The notes beneath the pieces are model-generated. The model did not search any database, was not told the DNA's origin, and saw only the letters and a program-made list of their open reading frames with translations. Shown here in pieces: positions 10,936-22,469 of a DNA stretch of 60,000 bases. The stretch is from positions 2,420,001 to 2,480,000 of the forward strand of contig NC_087245.1 in NCBI RefSeq assembly GCF_037042905.1, written 5' to 3'. How positions within the stretch are numbered: position 1 is the stretch's first letter; each line of letters opens with the position of its first letter. The stretch is from Lytechinus pictus. Lineage: Eukaryota. The position numbers and the translations under genes are program-made.

Positions 10936-12031
10936 AACAAGTGGAATGCCTCTGGCGGTCTCACCTGCATCACGCGATTCAATATAGCAGCAGTGCTGAC
11001 TTTGAAAACTACTATAACTCGCACAAGATGTTCAGTGATACTTGGTTACTCTTGTTTCCACGTTTTATGAACTAGACCAATACACTTACAAAGATATGAT
11101 GGTAATTCAACAAATACCCCCAACGTGGCCAAAGTTCATTGACCTTACATGACCTTTGACCTTGATCATGTGACCTGAAACTCGCACAGGATGTTCAGTA
11201 ATACTTGATAACTCTTTATGTCCAAGTTTCACGAGTCAGATCCATAAACTTTCAAAGTTATGATGGTAATTCAACAGATACCCCCATGGCCAAAGTTCAT
11301 TGACCTTTGACCTTGGTCATGTGACCTAAAATGCACACAGGATGTTCAGTGATACTTGATTACTCTTATGTCCAAGTTTTATGAACTAGACCAACATACT
11401 TTCAAAGTTTTGATGGTAATTCAACAAATACCCCCAATTTGGCCAAAGTTCATTGACCCTAAATTACCTTTGACCTTGATCATGTGACCTGAAACTTGCA
11501 CAGGATGTTCAATAATACTTGATTACTATTATGTCCAAGTTTCATGAATCAGATCCATAACATTTCAAAGTTATGATGGTAATTCAACAGATACCCCCAT
11601 TCGGCCAAAGTTCATTGACCCTAAATGACCTTTGACCTTGGTCATGTGACATGAAACTCATGCAGGATGTTTAGTGACACTTGATTAACCTTATGTCCAA
11701 GTTTCATGAACTAGGTCCATATATTTTCTAAGTTATGATGACATTTCAAAAACTTAACCTTAGGTTAAGATTTTGATGTTGATTCCCCCAACATGGTCTA
11801 AGTTCATTGAGCCTAAATGACCTTTGACCTTGGTCATGTGACATGAAACTCAGGCAGGATGTTCAGTAATACTTGATTAACCTTATGTCCAAGTTTCATG
11901 AACTAGGTCCATATATTTCTAAGTTATGATGGCATTTCAAAAACTTAACCTTAGGTTAAGATTTGGTGTTGACGCCGCCGTCGGAAAAGCGGCGCCTATA
12001 GTCTCACTCTGCTATGCAGGTGAGACAAAAA
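10936..12031 (-). mobile_element. Helentron-associated non-autonomous element (HINE/Tsp/DINE-1-like) with tandem core repeats
   Basis: Subterminal IRs GTCTCACCTGCAT (10958-10970) / ATGCAGGTGAGAC (12014-12026); terminal hairpin GTCTCAC..GTGAGAC; GCC microsatellite; about six 150-190 bp core repeats; AACAAG end; inserted in an A-run with no TSD. Confidence 0.8.
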
Positions 12032-12442
12032 CCTGGACATTCTAATCACTGTCGATACGGAGAGCTCTTATCGTTTAAATTGCGACCATAACTATCACGA
12101 CAGCAATAGAAGAGTGCTATTTGATATTATTTCACTAGCAAAGATTTGAAGGAACTCAGAGATCGAGTAAAAACACGGTAGTCTACATGAAGCAATAGGG
12201 ACAGCCCTGCTTGACCCGACAATTTATTATATTTTACAGTCCTGCGCATATGTAAATTACCTCAAAACTGAATTCACCTATTCACCCTCACCTTTTCTCA
12301 TTCATTTTCCTATTTCTCCTTTTTCCCCTTCTTTTTTTTCTTTCTCCCTCTTGTTCCTTCATCCTCGTCTTTCCCTTTTTTCTTTCCACTTTCCCCCTTC
12401 TTTCCTCTCCTTTTCTTTTGTACATTATTTTTCCGACGGAAG

Positions 12443-12633
12443 CAGGGGCCGCGGAACAAGTTAAAAGAGGGTGGGGGTGAAGGTGCTGAGCCAAAAGTGG
12501 GGGAGGGGCTGACCGTGCCAAAAAAATCACAATTATATGGTAATTTTTAAGTTTTTGTACACGATTGTGGAAAAAAAAAGTGGGTGGCTGAAGCCCCCCA
12601 AGCACCCCCCCCCCCCCGCTTTTGCGGTCCCTG
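12443..12633. mobile_element. hAT-like MITE (CAGGGGCCGCGG termini)
   Basis: TIRs caggggccgcgg / ttgcggtccctg. Related to the copy at 32055-32347 in opposite orientation. Confidence 0.6.
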
Positions 12634-12857
12634 GGGAGTGCAGATTTTTCCACGATATCCAGAGGAAGGGAGGAGGTCGAAGGTGTGAGTGAGTGAAGGG
12701 GCATTAATTGGCTCCCCCCCCCCCACAAAAGAGAGAGATAGAGAGATAGAATGGGGAAATGAACGGAAAGGAGATGACATGAGAGGTAAAAGAAAGTAAA
12801 GGAAGAGGGGGAAAGAAAGAAGGAGAGAGAAAGAGAAGGGAGAGAAGAGAAAGGGAT

Positions 12858-12915
12858 AGATGTTTCGGCTACCTCTGTTGACTCCTTCAAAAACAGGCTT
12901 GACAAACACTTGTCC
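12858..12915 (+). pseudogene. CR1-type LINE ORF2 extreme C-terminal fragment
   Basis: Translates DVSATSVDSFKNRLDKHL, typical of the CR1 ORF2 end (S.NSFK.RLDK), followed by T-rich 3' UTR-like sequence. Confidence 0.55.
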
Positions 12916-13096
12916 TACCAATGCTTCCTTAAAACATTCGTCCACCCTCTACGCAACATGTACTATGTAATTCATTACACAAACTAAGGAGATAGTTGAT
13001 TTCTTATGTACACAGTGGTTTCTATTATGTACTCTTGTTATTATTTGTACTTTGTGTATACTTTTACTGTTGCATCATGTGATCGTTTTTTTTTAA

Positions 13097-13670
13097 GGTC
13101 AAGTTCACCCCAGAAAATTTTGATTTGAATAAATAAAGAAAAAATCAAGGAAGCATTATGCTGAAAATTTCATCGAAATCGGATGTAAATTAAGAAAGAC
13201 AAATTAAATTTTCGCTTATTTTCACAAAACAATGACATGCAAATGAGACAGTCGATGATGTCCCTCACTCACTATTTCTTTTGTTTTTTATTGTTTGAAT
13301 TATACAATATTTCTTTTTTTTTACAGATTTGACAATAAGGACCAACTTGATTGAACCATATAGTATTAAACAATGCTAATTGCACATGTTCAGGGAGGAA
13401 TAAATCGTTCTTTCACACGACAATAGGCAACAAAATTGAATATTTCATATTTCACATCATAAAATACAAAAGAAATAGTGATGTCATCAGTCTCCTCGTT
13501 TGCATACCGACAAGGATGTGAATATAACTGTTTTGTGAAATTAAGTGAAACTTTAAAACATATTTTTTTATTTTACATCCGATTTTGATGTAATTTTCAG
13601 TGTTATGCTTGTTGAATTTTTCTCTTTTTATTCGAATCATTTTTTTTTTTGGGGGGGGTGGACTTGTCTT
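13097..13670. mobile_element. Kolobok-like TTAA MITE (same family as 722-1430)
   Basis: TTAA..GGTCAAGTTCACCCC ... GGGGTGGACTTGTCTT|TTAA, with shared subterminal sequence. Confidence 0.8.
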
Positions 13671-13989
13671 TTAAAGAAGCGAATAAAGAAGAATTCATTA
13701 GTCAAGTATACACAGCAAAAACTGCGGTGTTAACCGGTGTACATAGAGGACCACACCAGTTATTTTACACCGGTGTTAAATTGACAGTGTTAGTTTAGCA
13801 CCTATAGGTGTTATTGCAACACCTTTGGTTGTTACATGTACACTTTTTGGTGTTATATTCAATCTCTAGGGTGTAATTTTAACACCAGAGGGTGTGGTCC
13901 TGTATTAACACCCACTGGTGTCAGTTTTAACACCACTACTCTCGGAACGACCGGAAGTCTACAGGCTTGCCTTATTCTTCCGTACACTG

Positions 13990-14089
13990 TTGATGATGAT
14001 GATGATGGTGATGGTGATTATGGTGATGACGGTGATAATGATGACAAAGATGATGATGATAATGTTGATAATGATGATGTTGATGATGA
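13990..14089. repeat. Degenerate (GAT)n microsatellite
   Basis: tgatgatgat... run. Confidence 0.9.
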
Positions 14090-14099
14090 GGAAATATAA

Positions 14100-14550
14100 A
14101 TTTGAAAGAGTGAAAATAAATTGAAGAGAAATGAAAAGGAGAGGGGAAAGCAAAGAAGGGAAAGGAAGAAAAAGAGAAAGGAGATGGGAGAGAAAAGGAA
14201 GGGGACCAAGAGACAGAGGAGGGTAAGAAGGGTAGGAGAGAGGAGACGGGGGAAAAAAGAAAGAATGAGGAGAGAGAACAGGAAGGGGGCCAAGAAAATG
14301 AAGGAAACAAGAAATTTGAGAGAGAGAAAAAGAGAGGGGAAATTAAATAGCAAATATAGGAAAGGGGAACAAAGAGGGTGTACATTATTGGACAGTAAGT
14401 CAGTGCATAAAGGGGCAATTGGAAAGAAATGAAAGACAATGAAGGTCTTAATGAGGGGACTAATGCTCTGATGAAACCAACAAAAAGAAGGGAGATACCC
14501 GGGAGATACCAATAATAAGAAAAGGGAAATCAAAGGAAATAAAACATTCA
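14100..14550. repeat. GA-rich low-complexity tract
   Basis: Purine-dominated top strand. Similar tracts at ~16480-16880, ~28130-29010 and ~47780-48130. Confidence 0.85.
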
Positions 14551-14616
14551 TGTGTTTGCTTTTTACTCTATTTAGACATGGCCTAACTGCATATTGGTGG
14601 TTTGAATTAAAATTAC

Positions 14617-14968
14617 CTTGGTCACATTTGCTCTACGGTGGCCGTACGGCGAGTCGAAAACAAGTGTTTTAACATTTTTTGTACCAGCTGCATATTGGTG
14701 GTTTTAATTAAACTTAATAAAAACGGCTGTTATCGACTCGCCGTAAGGCTAGTCTGCTATGCAGACTCTGAATGGCTCGTGAAGTGGGATCTGCAGCTGG
14801 TTTGCGAACCAGCCTGAAAGGGCGAGCGAAGCGAGCCATTTCAGATCTGCAGCTCCAGTAGACCTAGTCTGCTATGCAGACTCCTTGAATCAGCTGTGAT
14901 ACACACACTGCAGATGTGGGTCTACAGTTGTAGACTACCGTATGGCCCCCGTAGAGCAAATATGACCG
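14617..14968. mobile_element. Palindromic PIF/Harbinger-like MITE, interrupted at 14750-14937
   Basis: GGTCACATTTGCTCTACGG..CCGTACGGCGAGTCG is inverted against CGACTCGCCGTA..CCGTAGAGCAAATATGACC. Related copies at ~9225-9345 and 15410-15590. Confidence 0.65.
14750..14937. mobile_element. Small element with TAG...CTA termini and a 9-bp TSD (AcademH-like)
   Basis: Termini TAGTCTGC / GTAGACTA; flanks CCGTAAGGC (14741-14749) and CCGTATGGC (14938-14946), 8/9 identical. Confidence 0.65.
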
Positions 14969-15103
14969 TTCCAATATTATACTCTCGAAAGTGCGTAGCC
15001 TGTCAAAATCATCACCGCGCCTGTTGCCGTGATCACCTCGTTCTCATATTGTTCATCGTCGGATTCGATTTCTCGAAATTTTTGTTAATTCAACATCGTC
15101 ATC

Positions 15104-15191
15104 ATGCATCTGGGGTCAACCATCTCTGTTTTGATTTCGCTGGGAATGATAGCCCCCTCTCTACAATGCCTGCATCTATTTTGACCTCAAG
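15104..15191 (+). pseudogene. Decayed signal-peptide exon (putative exon 1 of the EGF pseudogene)
   Basis: atcATG start; hydrophobic MHLGSTISVLISLGMIA; in-frame TGA at 15182; ends CAAG|GTATAG after 29 codons + 1 nt (phase 1), matching the phase of the EGF exon at 19105. Confidence 0.4.
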
Positions 15192-15894
15192 GTATAGGCT
15201 TATTTAGGGAAAATAAGGTTTTCTTCTTCTTTTGGAGAATTGAGGGATTAATTTCTATTAAAGAAGGATGATTTAACGGATTGATAGAAAAGGGGAAAAA
15301 AGTTATAAAAATATATATTGTAGTTCGTTTGAAAGGGGGAGCGAGGGAGGGAAAATTTTGAAAATGCGGTCTCGGTCGTTGTTGACAAGAAATAATATTC
15401 AGTGTTTGCATTTTACTCTATTTAGACAGGGAACTAACTGCATATTGGTGGTTTGAATTAAAATTACCTTGGTCACATTTGCTCTACGGTGGCCGTACGG
15501 CGAGTCGAAAACAAGTGTTTTAACATTTTTTGTACCAGCTGCATATTGGTGGTTTTAATTAAACTCTACGGTGGCCGTACGGCGAGTCTTGACAACCTTG
15601 ACAAGCAAAATGAAAAGGGGTTCCATCACTTTAAAATTACTTAATTTGTCTCCGTCCATCCACTCCCAATTTGCAAGTAAAATAATATGGAAAGGGCTCT
15701 CTTGTAGTCCAGGCCTTGGCGAGACCAACAAAGAGTGGACCACCCCTACCCCCCTCCCTGGATCTACCAGCTTGAAAGGAGAGGGGTGTGTATTCAGACA
15801 GATAAGAGGAAATATGTGTTCATGAGGGGATTGAGAAATGGGAAATAAGAGAATGATGCGGATGTAATGAAAATTACAGTAATAAAAATAGCAG

Positions 15895-18410
15895 CATAGG
15901 CGGATCCAGGGGGGGCGAGGGGCCCGCCCCCCCCCCCCTATTGGCGGAGCAAAAAAATGAAAAAAAAGGGGGAAAGAAAGAAAGGCCATAGGCCATAACA
16001 TAATTACTACAAAGTGTCACCAGTGAAGAATAGGGGGAATGAAAGAATAGGAAGAAAGAGGAGAGAAGAGTGGAAAAGGGTGAGAAAAAGGGAAAGAAAT
16101 AGGGATGAGACAAAAGAGAAGGGAAAGCAAGAGGTGGAAATTGGAAAGAGAATAAGAGGCAAACTTAAGAATAAAATAACTCATTAAACAATACAAGACA
16201 TTTAACAATGGTCACTAACATGTAAATAAAGTAGTAGGGCGCCTTTGTAAAGCAGTTTTAAGAACTGAACAGGCCTACCCTGCAGTATAAAATAAATAAA
16301 ACAAAATAAATAAATAAATAATAATTGAATCGCATCGAGCACAAAAAAGGTAAAAGTAGAGCTGAGTAAATAGACTCCCAGAAGAAGTCCAAGCACTGTG
16401 TTGATATTGCACATGAGGAGATTAATTGTAAACCATCTAAATTCAAAACCTGAAACAGTACAACAACAAATAATTCCTGAAGAAAGATAGGAGAGAAAAG
16501 GCAGAAAAAGAAGAAAAAAGAGGAAGGGGAGTGAGAGAGGGAAAAGGAGAAAGGAAGGAGAAGAGGGGAGAAAGGAGAGAGATGAAAGAGAAGAAGCAAG
16601 GAGGAGGGGCAGAGAATTCCAAGAGAGGAAAGAGAAAAGGGGAGAGAGGGAAAAGAGAAAGAAAAAAAGGAAAGAGAAAGAGAGGGAGGAAAGGGGAGAG
16701 AGAGGAAGGAGAAGAGGGGAGAGAGAGAGGAAGGAGAAGAGGGGAGGGAGAGAGGAAAGAGAAAGGGGGAGAAGCAAGGAGGAAGGACAGAGAATTCCAA
16801 GAGAGGAGAGAGAAAAGAAAGAATAGAAGACAGAAGGGAAAAGAATAGAAAAAAGACAAATGAGGAGAGAGAAAATGGAACAGTACTGTTCATCAACAAA
16901 AGATACAAGTTAGAAAGGAAATCAAATCAAACAAGCTTCAAATCACTGATTATCTTTACTGCTTGAGGTAGGAATGAATTTTGGTACCTATGAATTATGA
17001 CAGTTTATCAAAAATTTCGTCTCGCGATTTGCGCTCCTATTCATGATTACAAAAGTGCTTGAAATATCCAGTTTTCAAGCCTAAATGTCAAAAGATTTCA
17101 CTCACTCATTAGGCTTATTACATTAATAAATATGATAATAAAATTTTCATGAATTCCTAACTAAATTGTCCCTTTTTCAGAAAGGAATATCGACAAGTAT
17201 CATATCGCGCTTAGGAAGAGGAATAGGAAGATAGTCATCATTTTCATATGAATACAAAATGTCCTTAGGCCTTGAATGTCCAGGTCCTAGGTCAAAATAA
17301 TAATACTAATATCAGCTCGCGCTTCGCACTCGCATCCTTTATTAAGTGCTATGCACATCCTATTCACAATTCACCTACACAGTGCTTTAAATTATAATTA
17401 TCTAAAATCAAATTACTCTAAAATTATCAAAGTTTCAGATCAGAATATCAAAAAAATTTCTGCTCGCGCTTTGCGCTCGCAATATTAATGTAGACAAATA
17501 CCAAATTACCCATCCTTTTCATGATTTACAAAACATGAATATAGAGTGTCCCATTTTAAGTTCTGAATTTTTTTTTTTCTGCTCACGCTCCGCGCTCGCA
17601 ACAATAATTGTTTGGTTTTATATCTATACTGTTAATGATTACAAAAAGTGCTTAGAATGTCAATTTTTTTAGGTCGGAATGTAAAAAAAATTCAGCTCGC
17701 GCTTCGCGCTGGCATTATTAGTTGAAATATGTATCGTCTTCATGGCTGACTGCAAAACGTCCTTAACAGGTCCCTTTCCGATCAAGCCAGAACCCATATT
17801 AACATTTTCTGCTCGCGCTTCGCGCTCGCAGTTATTATCTAGTTACATACGCATCTTGTTCAGGTTCACAAACATTGCCAAGAATGTTCAATTTTGAGGA
17901 CAAAATACATGAAATTCCAAAAGTTTTCAGCTCGCGCTTCGCGCTCGCACTATTTAAATAGAGCTAATGAGATTATTACACTTTTTATGTTATTTTATAA
18001 GAATAAAGCTAAGAAATAACTGTTAGGACAACGGCGTTTTGCCCCCCCCCCCAAAAAAAAAAAAAAAAAAAAAATTCACGACCAAGAAAAAAAAAGAGAA
18101 AAGGAAAGGGATAAGGGTGAAATATAGGCCTATTATTTTGCAAATGTTATGTGAAAATCTATACAAATTTTGATTTTTTTAATAAAAATGTCAAAATTTT
18201 TGCTCGCTCGCTTCACTCACTCGCAACTTCTTAATAATTTTACGCGATACGCCGTATCGAGCCCCCTTCAAATTTTTGGCTCATTACGCCACCGGGACAA
18301 CCCATTCAAAGAAACAAACAAAGATCAACTTTTAGCGGCCGGTCGGGGAGAATATAGGTGAACATTTTTCGGCCCCCCCCCCCTATTGGCGGGAGCTGGA
18401 TCCGCCCCTG
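15895..18410 (+). mobile_element. Large non-autonomous hAT-like element with an internal GCTCGCGCTTCGCGCTCGC repeat array
   Basis: TIRs CATAGGCGGATCCAG / CTGGATCCGCCCCTG; CCCCCTATTGGCGG near both ends; GA-rich tract; periodic motif. No clean TSD. Confidence 0.7.
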
Positions 18411-18818
18411 TAACAGTTACAATATAGTTGTATTATTCATCGAATTCTCAAGAGCAGCTACAAAATAAATTCAATTCAATTCAGCAACTTCAATTCAAGT
18501 TTATTTTCTCCATGAGTTGAATGGTATTTATTCATCGAAATCTCAAAAGCAGTTAGAAATATTATTAAATTAGATTCACTTCATCAACTTCAGTTCAAGT
18601 AAACATTTATCTTTCTTCTTGAATGAAATATGATATTTATTCCTAGAATTGTCCAAAAAAAAAATATTATAAATTCTTTATAGATCACAAAAAAATTGAT
18701 AGATCACAATCATTATTACGAAAGCAGGAAGTCTGATTGTCAAAAAAGATATTCTTTAACCTTCAAAATGCATAATACCTGAATTAAAAAAGATACAAAC
18801 ACAAGGAAAATTATATAT

Positions 18819-19024
18819 TCGTGGGTTCGAATCGTAGCCATGGCGTGTTTCCTTCAGCAAGAAATTTATCCACACTGTGCTGCACTCGACCCAGGTGAGG
18901 TGAATGGGTACCTGGCAGGAGTAATTCCTTGTATGCACTGAGCTAAAGCCGGGGTAATAACAGCAGCGCTTTGTATCCTCTGACAAAAAGCGCTTTATAA
19001 ATCCAGCTATTATTATTATTATTA
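18819..19024 (+). mobile_element. 5'-truncated tRNA-derived SINE with L2-like tail
   Basis: B-box GGTTCGAATC; body shared with the SINE at 44781-45090; tail cagcgcttt...aagcgctttataaat(TAT)n. Confidence 0.85.
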
Positions 19025-19104
19025 CATAATCCTCTCTTTAAATAAATATTCAAAGTCTCTCATTCGATTAAAAAAATTTATTAAAGTCTTCGTTCTCTTT
19101 GCAG

Positions 19105-19233
19105 CTACCCCATGTAGCAGCGAACCGTGCCAACAAGGGGCGGAATGTTTCGATGATGACGTGGACCCTTTGCGTGGACCACTACGCACGCGTATGTCCT
19201 CCCGGATATACTGGAACCAACTGTGAAATATAG
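19105..19233 (+). pseudogene. Frameshifted EGF-like domain exon
   Basis: Acceptor ttctctttgcag|; translates TPCSSEPCQQGAECFDDDVDPL, then after a frameshift HYARVCPPGYTGTNCEI; donor GT at 19234. EGF cysteine spacing is present with the fourth Cys changed to Arg. Confidence 0.8.
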
Positions 19234-19966
19234 GTAATCAATCTATAACAATCAATAACTAAACAACAACCAAGCAGCCTATTACCCATTTCGCAATTGA
19301 TGTGCGCTACAGTGGTGTTCAATAGCTAGTGAACCCAACCAGAAATGAACAAGTTCATCTCCTGTCATGTTTTAGATATTATTAAGTCAGGTGATAGAAT
19401 ATTACATTTAATAAAGTTTGTCTCTCTGGTCTCGCCGAACATTGTGGCGTTGTCTACATTCAACACTCAGCATGAAGGAGTGCATTTTGTGGTTGGGCCA
19501 TGTTCAACAGGCATAGTCTGAAATAGCAACACGCGTATCAATATATTTGTGATAAGTTTTAGTCTACGAGTAAACGAATCATCACTTTACTTTAGAGCAT
19601 TCATTCAATACGTGAAATTGTTTTATTTTTTTGTCGATGTATTAGAGAAACTTTTTTTTTAAAGCACGCATATTCACGTTTTGTAAATGAGACAAAGTGA
19701 AGTTACTGATAATAAAGTCACCCCTTTTAAACTAAATTATAATGACAACTCTATGGTTGGCGGTTATAGGTCCACTTTTAATAAATAAATAGGAATGAAA
19801 ACATACAAATCCAACAAGAATAAATGCTGAAAATTAAGTCAATTTCGGATGTCAAATAAAAAAAAATGAACTTGCGACGTATAGAGTTTTGCATAATTAA
19901 AAAAAAAAGGACCAGGATGTACCCCATATATCACACGTCAATCTGATGAATATCATCTACCTACTA

Positions 19967-21686
19967 AAGGGGCGGATCCAGCCTTCGCCAATAGGGGGGT
20001 GGGCGGATTTTTTGTTTCAGCCACATTTTTCCCGACCGGCCGCTCGAAGTTGATTTGTGTTTGTTTCTTTGAAGGGGTAATCCTAACAGTCACTTCTAAG
20101 CTTTATTCTTATAAATCATCATAAATGTAAAATAATCTCATAAGCCTTATTTGAATAGTTCAAGCGCGAAGCGAGAGCTATTTTTTTAATTTCATGTATT
20201 TTGTCCTAAAATTCAAACATTCTGGGCAATGGTTATAATCCTAAACGAGATGAAATTTTTAATATAAGTTTTGATGTGATTAAAAAAAGGATATGTTAAT
20301 GGCTGCTTGCAGTTAGCCATGAAGACGTTACATATTTAAACAATCAAATAATGCGAGCGCGAAGCGCGAGCATAAAATCTTGACATTTCTACCTGAAGAA
20401 TGGAAATTCTAAGCACTTTTTGCAATCGTGAAAAGGATAAGTATATAACTAAACAATTGATGCGAGCAAAGCGCAATAGGAAAAAAACAGAAATTTGAAC
20501 CTCAAAATGGGACACTCTATTCATGTTTTGTAAATCATGAAAAGGGTGAGTAATTAGAAATCTTCCTACATCAATAATGCGAGCGCAAAGCGCGAGCAGA
20601 AATTTTTTGATATGAAGTTGATGATTGAAATAAAGAACAAGCTGCTTGTGTGTTGCTGCCCTCTACGTTCGTTGGTTTCAACCTAGAATATGGGCATTCT
20701 AAATACCTTGTTATGATATTTGAAATGCCGATCTGAAAAAGGGTCAATTTAAGCTCTGTATTTCAAGCACTTTGTAGACAATTGTGAGGTGGATATGGAT
20801 CACAGTTAAAAGAGAGCTGATGTGTTTCATTATTATTACTTTGAGTTTTGACATAGGACCGGGACATTCTAAAAACAATATGTCATTAGATGAAAATGAC
20901 TATCTCTATATTTCTCTTCCTAAGCGCGAGATAAAACTTGCCGATATTCCATTCTGAAAAAAGGACAATTTGATTATTAAATCAATATCTTATTTATTAA
21001 TCTAATAAGCATAATGAGACCGCGAAATCTGTTAATATCATGGCCTAAATACTTGACATTAAAAGCACTTTGGTAATTATGAATAAGATGCATGAGTTAA
21101 TATATTTTCAATTATCAATGCGAGCGCAAATCGCGAGCCGAAATTTTTGAGAAACTGTCATGAAATGGGGATTTTGAGTAGTTTGTTATAGAATTAATAT
21201 TGAAATATAAATAAGTCACCAATCAAAATGCGAGCGTGCAGCGCTAGCTGGTACGTTTTGACAATCTGAACTGGTCTATAGGGATGTTTTGAGAACTTAA
21301 TGGAATACAGGAAAATAAAAGGTAACTGACAAATCAAATTTTGCGAGTGTGCAGCTCGAGCAGAAAATGTTAATATTTAGACAATAAAACATAAATTTTT
21401 ACAGAGCACTTTTTAAAAATAAATTTGTAATCAAACAAAATAATGAAAGTTCGAAATCCGAGCTGAAGTATGTTTTGTATATTAGTGACATGAAAGATTA
21501 AAAAAAAATATTTTCCAAGTCTTTCCTTCATCTTATTTCATTCACTCGTCTTCCTCCTCTTATATTTCCGCTTTTTTATTTCTCATTTTTTTTCCTTAAA
21601 AAAAAAAAAATTCTTTTCCCCCTTTTTCGTTTTTTTTGCTCCGCCAATAGGGGGAGGGGGGGGGGGGAGGCGTGGATCCGCCTATG
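19967..21686 (-). mobile_element. Second, inverted copy of the 15895-18410 family
   Basis: Ends AGGGGCGGATCCAG..GCCAATAGGGGG and CCGCCAATAGGGG..TGGATCCGCCTATG; periodic TGCGAGCGCGAAGCGCGAGC motifs, the reverse complement of those in the first copy. Confidence 0.7.
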
Positions 21687-21699
21687 TTATACCTCGAAC

Positions 21700-21830
21700 A
21701 ATTCTTGCTAAATCGATATTCACTTTCGAAAACCTGAGGGCTTTGGGACACTCTTGCAATACTACCAAAGATTCCCCAAGTCTAAACTCTTTTAAATTTA
21801 AGTTAAAGAAGTTTCTTCAATATAGTCGTC
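21700..21830 (+). pseudogene. 3' end of ORF2 of an older LINE (host of the young LINE insertion)
   Basis: Decayed LAKSIFTF..W..L..KDSPSLNSFKFKLKKFL. The 3' UTR appears to resume after the young LINE (25902-26262) and ends in GAAAT/TGAAT repeats. Confidence 0.55.
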
Positions 21831-21881
21831 AGTCGATTTAACTCTGTATTACTCAAACATTTTTTTCTTCAATTTATTTCG

Positions 21882-22148
21882 AGACCAAGAGCGATAATAG
21901 TGAAGCTCACCACTTATCGCAAGAGACCTGAAATCCTAAAGATGCGCAGGAAGCTGAAGGGAAGTGGTATCGGGATCGATGAAGCATTGACGAAGACCAA
22001 CCAGGATCTACTCTATGCAGCTAAACAGCATCAGAAGGTGAAAGAAGCATGGACTTCAGATGGACGCGTAATCGTCTTACTACCGGCAACCAGAGAAAAT
22101 ACCATCAAACGTGTGATTCATAGCAAAGAAGAATTGAAGAAATTATGA
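21882..22148 (+). pseudogene. LINE ORF1 C-terminal fragment
   Basis: RPRAIIVKLTTY..KLKGSGIGIDEALT..KVKEAWTSDGRVIV, typical of the CR1-group ORF1 RRM/CTD region; 5'-truncated. Confidence 0.8.
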
Positions 22149-22469
22149 TGAAAGAATGATTATGACAAGAACATAACACCGACATAACATCACTGGACAG
22201 AGACAATGAAATGAATGAGAACAATGAAAAAAAAGTCATGAACACATATCTGTATATTCATTTTTTTTCCACTGATGCATTTCATGCATTCTTTGTTATA
22301 TTTTTGGTTTCGTTCTCCCCCCCCCCCCAATGTTCAAACTACATTTTATTCAGTTTTAGTATTGGTCTATTTGCAAAGACCATTTTAATGTGTTTTTGAT
22401 TTACTGTTTGTTAGTTGTTTTTTTTTTTCGTTTATTCTAATACTTATTTTGTTGTTGTTGAAAAATTAC

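Noticed and set aside
13836..14153. Poly-D, poly-M, poly-I and poly-H ORFs
   Set aside because: All are readings of one (GAT)n microsatellite.
17300..17950. Repeat-spacer array resembling a CRISPR locus
   Set aside because: Eukaryotic context, no cas genes, ~100-bp spacers that resemble each other, and the array lies inside a TIR element with dispersed copies.
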